A stretch of 64,000 bases of DNA. Source: Balanoglossus misakiensis. Its lineage: Eukaryota; Animalia; Hemichordata. The notes under the pieces are model-generated. The model was given only the letters and a program-made list of their open reading frames with translations. It was not told the origin of the DNA and did no database searches. The stretch is taken from positions 1,622,901-1,686,900 of the forward strand of contig CM082593.2 in assembly GCA_040954595.2 (NCBI GenBank). Reading direction: 5' to 3'. The translations under genes were made by a program, and so were the position numbers. Each line of letters begins with the position of its first letter. Position 1 is the first letter of the stretch. Shown in pieces: positions 1-14,800 of the stretch.

Positions 1-3000
1 TGGTTTATTTGCGTTTACAATCCCCATCATCACGATTTTCAGTTGTTTTATTTTCTGAGTGCCTTTTTATATTTGGAGTCAACACAAACTGAGGTAAAAT
101 AGCTGTTTGGTTGTCAAGTGCAGTACCCACTACATGAGAATATCTAAAGAGACTTTTAATGTCTTTTAATCAAGTATTTGGCTATTGGTATTCACCTTGT
201 AATCTGTCGAAAGCACACAATAGCTTTGAGCAAGTATCTTGATATTACTGTTACCTCGACACTCTGGGTGTCACATGACACGTGAGAGTCGAGACTCTAC
301 GTTAATGAATGAATGAATAAGTGAAAATAAGAATTTAAAAGGACAGAGCTGTAACATTTGCCATTTTTTCTGTGAATAAACTTCAGTTAGGATTTCTTCA
401 ATGCCCCTGGGTTTTATTTCATCTCTTTTTATTGTGACCATGTGAATTATCGTCAGTCGATCATGCCCTCAGAACTTGGCAATAGCGCGAGAAAAACATA
501 TATTCCTGAATCCCCCCCCCCCCCCACCTTCCTTGGAGGTTTTTTTTTTCTTCAAGGTGAGAATGAGGTTAAAAGTGCAATGTCAACCTCACAGTTGAAT
601 TCTCAAGTTTAAAAAGGTTTAATTTACAGGTACCAAGTTTGGCTATACTCTACTGTAACGGTTCACAATGTTCCATGATCTTCCTGAACTTTTAACACAC
701 TCCTCAAAGTTTTAAAAAGTTCCTATTGGCCTACCTCGAGTCACTTTTTTTTGACAGGGTCATTTACTATTCATGACGCGACTTCGCATCGGTAAGTGCA
801 CACAGAAATCTGCCGCATTTATTATAAATTCTGCTGCCATATTTACTATGAATTGGAAACCTCAATTACAAGCCAGGGCGTTCCGGGGGCATATGTCAGT
901 TCAGCATTGATTTCAATCAGTCTCTACCGGGTATTGGAAATAATTAAGCTTTGATACCGAGCCAGGATTTCATCGCGGACAATTAACTCGAGAGATTGCA
1001 GGCAGGTTCTGGTCTTCCCAAACAGAAATTCTCTTGGAAGTTTCACAGGATACAAACGCTCAATGTTAATGTAAAGTTAGCCTCTCTGTTAATTTTTCTG
1101 ACAAACTGCAGTGCTTTCTCCAGGGTTTTCGGGACAAAGAAATAGTTCCGATGTGAGGTAATTTTTGTATTATGACACTCAAGAACCACTTCCTGTCGGT
1201 AGTCTACCTTGTACCACCCAACTAGCTAGTAATCTTACACCTTTGAATATAAAATGGTTGCGGAAAAAGGCACCACAAAGGCAAGACCATAGAGTACGGA
1301 CAAAAGCTATTTACAGTCTTCCAGATAGTGGTAATCTTATCATAAACTTATCATAAAAATGTCCTTTTTGGTAAAAAAAGTACCTTTATGGTTTACATGA
1401 GTAAATCCTTGATTTGTTCCCATTCATGCAAGACCCTTACGTTCAAATGAAGAAAAAGTATAAAAAAGTGGTTTTTCCTGAAAAAGTAATTGCCTGCCAC
1501 AGGAAATGCTTTACAAATGATTGCTAAAAAACGATTACGATAAAGTTATAGGAGAATATCAAAAATTCAAACATCATATTAAAATCTGAGACACAAAATA
1601 GCTAGCTCTTTTATCCTGTGGCAAAAAAAAACTGAAAGGAAAAGTAAAACTATTGAGACAAGACCGTCTTTCTGAAGAAGAAAAAAATTCACAGACATAT
1701 TGAAATTTCTGAAATCTGAAAATTCTGAAGAAAATCTCTTCGATGAAAGACCTTGGTAAATCCATCTGATTCCTCTGCTCGCAGATTCTGGTGTTGTTCG
1801 TTTTTAGTGTGAATCGCGCATTATGTCGTTTGGTGGCCTTTTGTGTACACACATGTACGCCATAAGTCACTCTCAATACAAGCTCAACGGGTAATAGAGC
1901 TCTTCATTTTACTTTACGATAGCCGCAGACAGACTCGGCATTCAAAAGCAGTGGGCTGGAGACGGTTTCTCTCCTTTCATCAAGAAATCATTAAATTTTC
2001 CTAAAGACTCCAGTTACCACATACACCCCTCCCTCCTCCACCCTCTCTTGCCGGTCAGGCCAAACAGCGATGTCATCTGCAGCCGTCTCGCAAACGCAAG
2101 GAAACACAGACTCGGCCCTTGCAAGTTATTTTGACTGTAATTCACATTCCTCTGTTTTGAGGCAAGATGTCTGGTGAATCCATACATCTCTAAATCTATA
2201 AATCAACTATTGAGGGATTAATGTGAATGTTTACGACATTGCACCAGTCTATTACACTAGTCACCTTCAGTTACCGATGTAAACAATTTTCACCTGCTCC
2301 CAAAACCTGACAAAGCATGATCTACCTTGTTTTGAAATTCTAATTAAATACGAATCACAAAGAAAGTGTCTCTGCGTGTATTCAAAAATGTCCTTTTCTT
2401 TTGTAATCAAACATACTGTTAAAAATTTTATTTATTGAAGAATTATGATCACGAGAAAGGTTCATCAACTTTGAGTTACATGTTCTCAATTAAGAGTGAT
2501 GTTCGTAATAAGGAGTGATGAATATGTTAGACTATAACACAGTTAGACACCTCTGTGAAATATTAAAATCACATTTAATAATATCTGTTGTTTTTTAGAA
2601 ATTCTTGATTTCAAATCAGTGTGGCTGTATTTGAAAACATCATTTGAGGTTACATTTGTAACTTCGTTTTTGTTGAACTTTTGGCACGTGCGTCCGCTCA
2701 CTTTGAAAATAATAATTTTCATATTCAATATTGCAAAACGGATGATCACTGATGCGAACCTCACTAAACTATACAACTCGTTAGGCGAGATGTCAGACAA
2801 TAGGAGTTACCATGGCAACAATTCATTTGCAACCTCTAAGAATTGAATGATTTAGGATTCTATCATTTTCAGACACTCTTCAAATGACAGGTGGGTACAG
2901 CCACTTAAAAGATGAGTATGTATATTTTTTTACCTAGGAAAACAGATTTCTGATTTTTTTTTAATTGCTAAATATGAACTACCCAAGTACTGCGATCGCC

Positions 3001-3714
3001 TGGCGCCCTATTCCGCAGCAGATTCAGAACTTAGCACCCCTAACTATGGAAAGATTTCACACAAAGTAGCAGAGAGAATACAAGAGAGACCAGAGATGTG
3101 CTCCAGACAGTCTGGCTGTAATGAAATCCTGCCCTGGGTCCACTGTTTGGATATTTTTGGGAGGCAATAACACGCACGGCTGCGGCTGAATTCACTCCAA
3201 TATCTAGTGTGACATACCAGCGGAGACACTCAATAGGGCTTCAGTAAATCTCTTAGCACAACACTGAGTGTGTACAGTTAAACATGCTACATACAATTGA
3301 GCAGTTGAATTTCTAATTCCCTCCACCGGAATTGATACTTACGGCAGGGTCCCCCACACGCGCCTTGGAGTAACTCAACCCATCCTCCCCACCCCCCGAC
3401 CCACCCCTGGCGCGCACACAACGTAAACGAAACCGCCACACTGACAATTGTACTTTACTGATATTGCACTGCAAATTAAGAAATCACCTTGGATAAAGCC
3501 TATTAACATAGCTGTGCTAACTCATGAATAGTTGACAGATCCCCAGTGAGGTTCCGTTGACAACACACTGCGGTTAATAACTTCAGCATGTGACAGACTT
3601 GTAAGGCTTTCGGATCATACACTCACACATACGCATGCACGCACGCACGTTGATCGTCTCGGGCAGCGTGCACACGCAGCAGCAATGTAATTCACAAGAT
3701 CCCCCTGTACTCAC

Positions 3715-3874
3715 CTCTGTCACAGCTTTTAATATTTCCGGACGTCGAGAATCAAAACCTCCGAGACACTGCTGCGGCTGTAGGACGTACGATTTCGGCC
3801 GGTGGAATTGACGCCTCGTAGTATCGGCTATCTCGAGTGATCGGCTCCGTGGTATTTTATCCCCCTCTCAATTT
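3715..3874 (-). other. Probable non-coding (5' UTR or lncRNA) internal exon of a minus-strand transcript continuing left
   Basis: Strong acceptor CCTCTTCCCTGTTACAG| and donor GAG|GTGAGTA bracket a 160-nt CpG-rich segment. All three frames hit a stop near its start and I see no ATG. Confidence 0.5.
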
Positions 3875-6499
3875 CTGTAACAGGGAAGAGGTATGCAAAA
3901 CAGACCCAGGGTAAATTGTCTGTGATTTGACTGCCAATGCCTTAATAATACATGTACACACATTCAATTGAAATGATACTAGCATAGGGCAATGAATGGT
4001 GTCAACCCCAGCAGTAACACAGTTTTAAATGGCACGTACCATTGCATTATTAAGGGGCGTTCGCGTCAACATGCCGCTCTTTATTTGCGTTCTTTCTGGC
4101 AACAACCGCTAAGCCCATATTAATACTTAAATTCACCAGTAGAACAGAATCCCTGAACAATTTTATTTCTCACTCATCACAAATAGCCGCATTAAATCTT
4201 CTTGCTCATAGAAAATCGTGCTTCATAGATATACTTAGTAATGGTGTACATTTTTAACAAATCAGAAAATTTCAATTACATATGATACGTCAGTGTTTTT
4301 GTTTAAAGTAACCGGGGTTCCCCAGTTATTTTACCATGGTTCCCCTCGATACATCAATGCAATCATAATAATTGGTTGTGGAAGTTTACTGGGATTCCCA
4401 AATTATTTACCAATGTTCACAATTTGTACGTTATTAAAAATTATTCAGAACATTTATTTTTTTTACCTCCCACTATATTTTAATTCTCCAATTATTCTTT
4501 CCAGCGGTTGTACTCAACTGATTTGGTTGTTTTTTCTGGAAGAGAAACATACGAAAACCTGTTATTTCCCACAACCTTGTGATTATGCAACTCCCTCTCA
4601 CCCCCTACTCCCCGCCTCCCTCCCCCTCAACCCTCCAGCAACAATGGAATGCGCCAAGGAGTTCTTAATGTTGCCACAATAAGGCTATCAGTCCATGATT
4701 GGTCAATATGAGGAGCCGGGGCTCACCTCATTAGCCTAAGTAAACAGACGACAATGGTCAGCCACAATTGAAGCCAAGACAGCCCTAACATGTCTCATGG
4801 ACTTACTCAGATGAGAAATTGCATCTTTGTGGTAACAATAACACTGACAGGGCCTTCATTAATTTGAATTTCAAGCAGTCGTCTCACCCTGTTACAGTGT
4901 GCGTGCGTGTGTGCCATAACGTGTGCTGTTGACAAATTAACACCAAAACAGAAACCCCCGTTTTCTAAGTAGGTAGGCATGATTAAGGCAATGTGTTAAC
5001 AATTAAACACACTAATACCCAAGTGTCACTCACAGTCAAAAGAAAACAGAGATCTACAGAACGGTGTAAACTTGCCAACATGTTGTTTCTGACACCTACA
5101 CCTCTGTTCTAACCGTTGTCCAACCTCAAAGTAATCTTTGTTGCCATCAAAAGCTTTCCCGCCAAAATTCCTGCAAACAGTTCAGCCGTTCCACAATTTT
5201 TCTTAAGTTCTTTACTTTTCTACGTATCGACTGAAAGTTGCAATGCATCACTCATTACAAATCAAGGTGATTTTTTTTCAACTCAAAAGGAATAATTCAA
5301 TCCAACTAACGTTTTTCATCGCACTCAACTTTTCAATCACACAAAAAAATCGGCAAAATGAAAGTTGCTTTAGAGTGTAACTTTATCTTTTAGTACCATG
5401 AATAAATCTTTTTCGAAGTTAAATGCTTCTTTGGTGTGTATTGATGATTTTTTTCACCTCCAAAAAGTTCTTTTTAATAGGCGGGAAATGAGTCAAGGAG
5501 AATTTAGCTGTCATACGTGGAAAGTGAAAGCTGATAACAATGGCTGGAAGATAAACAACTTAAGAAAAGTTCACTATCTCATTAGGACCTACACAGTAAA
5601 GGCCATTCAGTGACTAAAATGTTATTGTTAGAATTCTATGTACCTGGGACTTTAGCCTTCAACTTCTCACCCTACTTGTTTAATAATGCAACAACCGGTT
5701 CTATTGGTCTAGCTGGGTCATTCCATTCATATGCAGAGAAACAGGGGCTTCACAATTTTACTTGCAAACCTGACAGAACAGGTTTGATTTCTTATTGTGT
5801 GGTTGCGTTTGTTATGAAATGCAGTAACAAGTCATGCAGTTTGAGACTTGCAAACTATATATTGGTGATGACTGACAGATGAAAGTTGGGGGAAGTCTTA
5901 TAAGATGTCAATCAGTTATCCTAATCAAGGGCATCTTGTGTGTATTTTTAGCACAAGGTATTCTATCTGACTTCACTTGCAACTCACAACTTGTACAGTT
6001 TCACGCCTCGCCGTTTAAACCACTAAACAAACCATTCCTGCCGAACAAACCAATTAAGACAATCCAATTCACTTCACAATTGACGAACAAAATGCATCTG
6101 AATACAAAATGGACGTGCATAGCAACTGGCAATTGTCTGTTATGAGGAATAATCTTTTTCTTCTGCAATCGCCATGGCAACCCTATGAATACCCTATTAT
6201 CACCATGACAGATATATGCTAAACGTTTTGTACTTCACTTTGCTGTATGCGTTTTGATCAACAGCCACAGGCAATGACGTTTTCATCTTTCTGCTGTTTC
6301 TTAGTTATCTCGTTCATATGACAAAGGTTGTGAAAACATGACCAGGCACCAGAATTGATCAATTTCCCAGCAACACAACAATATCATATCTCGCTTTGTC
6401 AACTTTCTCTCTTTCTGAAGATGACATATATCTCTTACTCTCAGGTGGATAATTAAAATTGTGCGCACAACTAAAATTAATTTCTTCTGACTTCAAACC

Positions 6500-6664
6500 G
6501 AACTCTGTCTTCCCTAAATGAAGCCTGTCTACACTGAACACATTTTCCTGTCCCTTTGACATATAGAACCACATGTTAAAAGAACCTCTACAAACCGGAC
6601 ACGTCCGTAAACTGAACAATTTCTTCTTTCCCTTTGGTGTTCGGTTTAGACAGGTTTTACTGTA
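6500..6664. mobile_element. Fragment of a Tc1/mariner-pogo-type non-autonomous DNA transposon (one terminus)
   Basis: Ends in TTAGACAGGTTTTACTG-TA, whose reverse complement TA-CAGTAAAACCTGTCTAA is a typical TA-flanked CAGT terminus. An internal related motif (CCTGTCTACACTGAACA) is present. The partner TIR was not found. Confidence 0.45.
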
Positions 6665-9600
6665 GTTTGTAGTAGTACTAGTAGTAGTACTACTAGAAGT
6701 GATGGTGGTAGTATTATGAGTTGGAACATCCTGTGAGATGACACTGGTTGAATACGGTCTGCCATGCCTGAGCCAGAGTAACTTTACCCCAAAAAATCAC
6801 AACTTGAGATGGCAGGGGTAAAAGGGAAACCATACATGGCAGTGATGAGAGACTTATACACTGTAGAAGAGAGGAATTCTGTGTGGGTAGGAGAGAAGAT
6901 GTAAAAGTGTAAAATCCAAAGAGAGTTCAAATTTCGCATCTATCAACCACTACAGACATCATTCACCTGTAAGCCTTTGATATCAGCTTTAATGACAGTC
7001 TCAATATTCAGCCTGTGCAAATCCGATACAACAGCAATATCAAATGTGATTTTGCATATGTTTAACGTGACCACTGCATTAGTTCTATCAAGATAAATAC
7101 TGAGACGTACGTCGTCCCCATGAAACAAAAAACACCCGGGGCTGAGGCAACATCAAACTCGCAAATTAATATATTTAAGTATAAAATCTGCTGATAGCTA
7201 TTTCACACTATTACAGCTTCCTGAAAGAACTCATCTGTGACACGCATCACACGCAGTAATAGAGAAACAGGGTTTTTAGCTCAGAAAAGAGCTTATCATC
7301 GAGAATTTTAACCCATTTTGGCTAGAATATTTACACATGTATACATTTTGATCGGTATTTAATTAAACTGCAGACATCGTCAAACAGGAAGGTTAGTGTT
7401 TGAAGTAGTAATTTTATCTGAAATTTTGACCTGGTTTATGATCTACGTCGGTGATCGTATACATGTATATCCGTTGGCGTGGCTACGAACCGAAGCAATG
7501 TTACCTAGTTTGTGCGCTTACTGAGTGTGGATAAAAAATTTGCACATCTGCATTGCATAATCTCAGTTTTCTTCAGAGATGTGAAGAGTTTAGAAAACAA
7601 CGTGTCTAAAAATGTTCACGACCGAACAGAGACCACTTTACTACAGAAGGCCGAGTTTCTCCGAAGATGTCTTCCCTGATAATTCTATTGCAAATCCTGA
7701 AACAACGTAAAGCCCATTCTCAGCCTGAGCGGAGCCTACTTGAAAGTGGTACAGCCCACTACCAATACAAAATTACAGCAGTCTCGCACTACGTATAAAT
7801 TCTGAGGGGGTGGCAGGCTTGTAATGAACGCTGCAAGCAAATTCCCATACCACGAAATAATCTTATATAAGTTTCACATCCAACGAGTAATCAGTCGCTC
7901 CATATAAAGGTCACAACTTCAATCTTCCCAACCATGTTTGCCTGATTGCTAAGAACAGGAATGGCTTAGCATTGGCCTAATTAAATTTCCTTATCACCAA
8001 GAGAGCGTAATATTTTCCGTAGTGAAATTAAAAAACTGATTGACAAGCTATAAAAGCACAGTTTATAAAATGCACAGTTTATAAATGAAGTTCTAAACAA
8101 ATTCTCGAGTATTCTTCCCATGAAAAGTCTAATTAATATTACTATAATTTGGACAATAAAGAGCACTATTACATAAACAGAGATTATTCACAAATGGTAT
8201 TTTCTGGAAAAGTTTTATTTCATACTTATGTTTTATTTTCGACATCAGTTATACATCAGAAGAAGCACTAAAGTCAGATGTAATCTTATAATGGGGCACA
8301 ATCATATCAATTTTAAAATCATTTTTTTTATTTCACTCAAGTCTGAATAAATTATCCACGTTATATTACCAGGCATGATTGTCGAATCATCATCAAATCA
8401 ACATGAGAAAATGGCAAATGCTTTTAACACCTGTAGTACTCCATTAGGGTTACCTGTTCCATTATTTGTTTCTCATCACGGGGCGTACAAGATGATGAGT
8501 GTGTTGGTTTGAAAGAAAAGTGAAATAAAAAGGGAAAAATCTACTATATATCCATTTGGTATTAACCACTTTTACTCGACATATACGAACAAAATACATT
8601 GACACACGAATCGTTAACGTAAAGTCTATGAATGCTTTTAAGAATATTAATGCTTTGGCATTGGTGTTTTTCTTCACAAATTTATCAACTGCCGAGCCTT
8701 TGACAGACTCGTCTTATTATCAGGGTTATCAAGTATTGCCACCCAAGCTGCCTGTAGAGGGCTCTCTTCAGTGGAAAACAGAGACTTGGTGTGAAAACAC
8801 ATAATTATTTAATTTTGACGATCAGATCAGCTGGATAATGACTAACGATTAAATGACAAATTAAAATTAAAAATGATGACTTTTTAAAGTGGAATCCTTG
8901 CTCCCTCATAATATGACCCCCCCCCCCCCTCCTCTTCTTTCCAAGCTTTACAACACTATTTAACTCACCTAACTGATCACTCAATACATCGACCCGCCCA
9001 GTGCTGAAACTGTGAAAAACGTCACACTCATTACTCTCATGTTTCGCGATTTTTTTTAAAGAAAAAAAGAACCAATAACAAAGAAGCAGTCCATTGTGCG
9101 ACTGGCTTTTCACATCCCCTATTGCTTCTAGTCGTGAAAGAGCGACTTTATGTAGTACATCGACACACTCTAAGCTATTGACAGGCCACACTTAACATTC
9201 ATTCCACATAGTTTATAGATTTAGCATACCACTATTTAATTCAGGACAGGAGACTCACAATAAGGCATGCCCTCCTGTGGCCTGCGCTAGTCGCTCTTCA
9301 AGGATTTCAACAAACCCTGGACGGGTCTCCCCAGATCCTTCAAGAAAACACGATTAACCCAGGCTACCTAAGTTGCTTTTTTCCCTTCTTGGCCTCGAGT
9401 TTTTATTAATCTCCACCGAGACCTGAAGATAATAAACTCAGTTTTTGTTTAGGATTACCGTGGTAACAGCTTACATTTTTACACTGCAGACAGCACTGTG
9501 GGAATAACAAGTATCTTTTAATTTTTCATCATTTCTTTCTTTCGCTAAAAGTCTAATCAAGCTCCTCGAAATCATTTAAACTACAAATGACAGTCATTCA

Positions 9601-11579
9601 AATGTTTTCTTTTATGTGCTTGTACAACAACGGGTAATTACTTTTTTGCTAAACTAGCACAGTTATGTCATTTAATAAATTATGATAAACCAAGTAATCA
9701 CTTACAAATGTCCCAATATTCCCAAAAGGCTGCATCTTTTTTTTTACAGTCACATCATTCAAACTGGAGTACTTCCCCTAGGAAGGTGACTAAATGTGGA
9801 CATTTTACTTCATAGTTTTTCCATCAAAAAATACAGCCACTGTCCCTTACATACAATTACTACTGGTAAAACAATTTTACACTTGTTATCCTTGATTCAA
9901 ATATTTTCTCTTTTGAATTTTCAACTTGTTCTTGTGTCAGATTATGTTTTTCTCAACAGCTAGATCACAAGATTCAAGTGTCAACTATTACAGCTTAAAT
10001 TTAGGGTAAAACAATTTACAATACCAACAATATAGACAATGGAACTCCTCAACTGTATCAGACTTCTTCATTTTTATACAATCAATACCGACAAGCTGAA
10101 ATACCTAAACCCTTTCACCATTGCAAGAGAATTCTATGCTGACATTTTTATTGCCACAAGAAAATTTCTGAGAGATTCATACGATACATAGTCATCTCGG
10201 TAATGCACTGATATGTGGGAGAAACAGATTATGTGAACATTCTTAATGGTAGACAATATCTGTGAAAACATATCAGAGCTGAGTAGGTTTCTAATGATTA
10301 CCACGGCGATCACAGATTGGGTTGATCTAAATAAGACAATAATTAATTATACCAGGAATAATTTCAGTGACTTCGTCTGACTGCAATCAAGACCGCATGC
10401 ATAATTGAATGCTCTCATCAATGAAGTAAGTCAACTGAATAATTTCATTTTAGTGATTTTATCTGATGATCGCGTGATAGCGTCAGGATTGGTTAAATTA
10501 AAACCTTGAAGGTCAGACCCGATTCGCGAGTGTAAAATAAAAACACAATTTACTCACCACTTCAGATGAATTGTACTTTTCAAGGATTGACAGACACCGC
10601 ATAAAAAGGGGTTCAGAATTTAACTGTACGTGACACCATCCGCCAAATTAACCCCTTCACTCACGCGCAATTAGGAAAAAAATTCCCATGACTAAATCTA
10701 GACAGAAAGTACTCCCCTTGTGACAAATGGGAGACCTTTTCACCCACAGGAACAAACAAAAACGGGCGATGGCTGTTTTACCCTAAATACTGGCGTTGCT
10801 CTGAAGGCTACTACATGTGAGGAAACTTGGCAAATAATTCGGTCTCTGTGACCGAGAGTAGGGGTTCCCCCTACACAGGCCCCTACTTAAGGTACCTAAA
10901 TTTGAATTTGGACACCAGAGTCACTGTATATAAACCCTGGTGTGTGGTTACTATCAATCCCCCAAATTTTCCGATTATTTTGAGAATTAAAGGTCTGACA
11001 AAGACGGGGAAGGGGAATATGTGAATATCGCATTTCCATGGAAACAAAATGTCATGGTAAATCCCAGAAATTACAAGTGACTAAATCCACAAAAACCAAA
11101 GCGTCAGAACATTACCCATCGGTTTTAGAAACCCTCTTCGAAAAATTGGATTTTATTATTATTGAAAATGTTTCCTAAATGAAGAAAATATATTATAAAT
11201 CATGATAACAAATGAGTCTGTTTTTCCATACTTCCATACCAGATGTTATTTTGCATTCATCATCAAAAATTTCACACACAGGCAAGGCCAGGCGACAAGT
11301 TATTCAGAAATATAGGTCGGAAATGGCCACTAATCTCTGCTTTGTGTAATATTGTGAGTCGTGTTTATAAAACACCTGTCAATATCAACATAGTATTGAC
11401 TCTGTGATACTGAATGGTGTAGATTAGAGCTGAATAATTGACTTTGCTGGAGTGTGCCACTGTTGCCTGGCAATGGGGTCAAAGGGCACGGTTGTCTTGT
11501 GCCAGGTGGAATGCGAATAAAGTGTGGTTACCCGCCTGACAGCTTAAACATACACTGACGAGGGAGAGTGGGGGAAAGC

Positions 11580-11800
11580 GACACAGACAGACAGTGGGAG
11601 AAATAGATCTAACACTTTAACAGACAAATAGCTCATATATAAGTGGAAGAAATAGACAAACATTCAAATAGAGGCAAGAGGAAGAAATAGATTAACAGAC
11701 AGATAGAGCAGGAGAAATAGACAGACTCATTAATAGATAGAAAGAGGGAGAAAGAGACAGACAAAGAGACAGGCAGGCAGACATACAGACAGACAAGGAG
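11580..11800. repeat. Purine-rich low-complexity tract (degenerate GACA/GATA/GGCA units)
   Basis: Repeated acagacag, aaatagac and gcaggcag units are visible directly. Confidence 0.6.
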
Positions 11801-14800
11801 GCACATTTATATGGTGCTACATGTACTGGCCCTGAAGCACTGTTGAAATACCAGTCTCAAACTGATGGCCGTTTTATACAAAGTTGACAGGCATTGATTT
11901 GCAGAGGGAGCTACCAATTACCCATACATCAACACTGACGAATCACCATCATATGTTCTTGTTGAGACGTAGAACCCCTCAAGATCAGAAGTTCTTTATC
12001 TCTGGTCATAAAAAACTAGAGTTCAATTCACACATCTATGGATGAATAGCTTCAAGCTAACAGAACGCTAACACTACTGTCGTTCATTTTAAATGAAAAA
12101 TATGTTGTTTTGTTATCCGGCTCCATCGTTTTTATTTGCCCAAAGTAGATATTACTATTCTGATCACAATTCTGATACACAAAATTGAAATGTGCCTTAG
12201 TAGTACATGTAGTAATTTCTCACGCACAAACATTTCTAGGCAGTTCTGATAATCAACCAAACTTTCAAGATAATTTCTCAGTCAGGAACTGGAAATTATC
12301 TTTTGTATCTCAGCTGTATTTCCTCGTTCTACTCACCAAAGCATGTTGGATTTCCCAGTGTCTCTCACTTGTCCACAAGACCTGTATGTTTAAAATATTG
12401 CAGAGTGTTATTGTTGACAGTTGAGATAGAAATGGAAATCAAGTTAAAATTGTAAAATGTCTGGAAAGGCAAATACCAAAGGCACATTAAAAGCAAGAAT
12501 ACGATATTTTACATTCATAGCAGGAGTCCCTGGCAGTTTAACTCTACGTCAAAACTTGTTTTGTCAACAACAAATACGACAAATAAAATACCCATGTGAC
12601 GTGGGAAACGACAAAAAATATATTTTGTTATATACTGCAGCTATACATAAATAGTACAGGTAGTGTTGTGAGCTAAACACTGGGCATTTCAACTTGCTTA
12701 CAATTGCTAAAGAGAATAAAAAAGCGAAGATTATCAAAAGAAGGCACTATCCTTTCCTTGCACTGCTAAACAAATAAATCACTCCACTGCTTTTGTCAGT
12801 CGACAGATTACCCCCAGATAGCACCCACTTGACAGTGGTAATGGCCACTCTCCGTGCAAAGTTAATTTAAAAGAGCAATATATCAGACCGCAATTATCAA
12901 CACTAATGCTCTTCCCTGAGTGATTTCCAGCTAACTAATTTTGTCCTAAATGCAACATTGTCGGTTGTTGATTAAAGCGTTATCATCTCTGTATCTCGAG
13001 AAATACAGACACAGGTATCATTCACAAAAGGATTTCAGACAATATCATCACGACAAGTCAAGTCTATCTTGTTAGTTTTAACAATGAGATAACTGTGCAA
13101 ACACGTAGTTTAGGTTTTGCGTGTAGTGCCACGGTCACTCCACAAACTCAAAAACGTCGGGTTGCATTCTCCTTTTTTTAGAGATCACAAGTAAAATCTG
13201 TGTAATGATGCATGACCGAAAGCCAGGCCATAAAAACCATCAATGAATGGAGAGTGACTGATACAGGGTCAACCACATAATGCCCAGCTTTCTGACAATT
13301 CTGTGTTATGAACATGTTAGTACACGTATTCGTCTACAAATTGATGATCTTGTTACAGTCAAACTGTCACAATGGTTGAAAGTGTCATCTGCCCACCATG
13401 TGTCGCTTAGCAACCATGCCCACTTAAGACAGAAAGTTTGAATGAAGCGGTTTAATTTCAGGTTTGTTTTGGAATTGCAAATTTCAGGTGAAAGTCCAAA
13501 TTTTTAGGCATGAAACCTGGATGTAATGCTGTACGACAGCTTTTTTGAATTCTGGCATTCTCGCCTCCGTTGTTAATGTTTACTAATTTTCATCTGAGCA
13601 TCAGCATAGAATACTAATAATGTACAAGTGCCCCAATGCTCCATCCAGGTTTCTTCAAGAAATACAAGTGGGACTTGGCGAGTTTGGCGAATGAGCTCGA
13701 TCAATCAGAATCCATCACAGATCCTGACCTTTCGCACCGAACGCACACAAGACGGTTGATGCCATTGGCTGAGCGAAAATCACCGCACACGACTGCACGG
13801 CTGACAGAAGCAAACAGGCGACTGAACAAATAGTTTGAGGAGAGAAAAATGAAGGTTGGCCCTGCTTGACCTAGAAATGATCAAAACGGAGAATAACCGA
13901 GAGATTAAATGTATTCTACGGGGACACGGTCGAGAGGATATTCCCGAGAAAGTGACAGGTTATTCCCATATGTTTGCTGTTTGATGACATATTTTAATTG
14001 AGTTTCTGCAGCTTCCTATTTGGAATATGAGCCATTTGTGAAAGTGCACAATCAACTTATTCACTTAAATCCGGCTTTTGAATCCCGATTGCTGGCACTG
14101 GCTTTTTTATTCCGTGGAAGAAAATCCTGACCAGGGTTCTCAAATATATTACAGGACTCAATTCGCTTGCAATTAGATGAAGTCACGTTACGGCCGATAC
14201 ATTCTTTTACCCCTGGGTATCAACCCTTCAGCCGTAGTCTCATAATTCCGTGTTCCATGATAGATTGCGCATTTTCAGAAATCGTATAAATTTAATCTCA
14301 ACGACGTAACAGAAATGCAACAATTTTAACAGGTTTAGATAATATTTCACCAGCACGGTACTGGAATCATTCATGAAAGCTATCAGGCAGTCAAAACTAA
14401 AGCACAGGTTACAGAACATGATGCGGATGCGATACAAAAACACATCTGAAAAATTGTGGCCTTATTCTGAGCTGACATCTGTGAGACTCAGATTTCAGCA
14501 AGCAGCATATTACAGTTACTGCCTATTGACGATTCATAAGACTTATTTTACTGTGGTAGCGATATCACTGTTAAAGCAAGCGTCAAATCGCCCCATCAAT
14601 CGTACTCTATACATGTTACTGCCCTTTCTCCACGCTGCACATTCATAAACGTTGCAGCGTGCGCCTCACAATCAGCGATGTAAATCTTAGACACATTTAA
14701 TCAACACCTTCTGGGCTCGCAACAATATATAACACACAACACATCCAGTCAGTTACCGATTCATGGGGGCTACGTGATGCCTAGGTCACACATCGTAACT

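Noticed and set aside
2490-2908. Possible TTAA-flanked element ending GGTACAGCCAC-TTAA
   Set aside because: No matching left TIR could be established.
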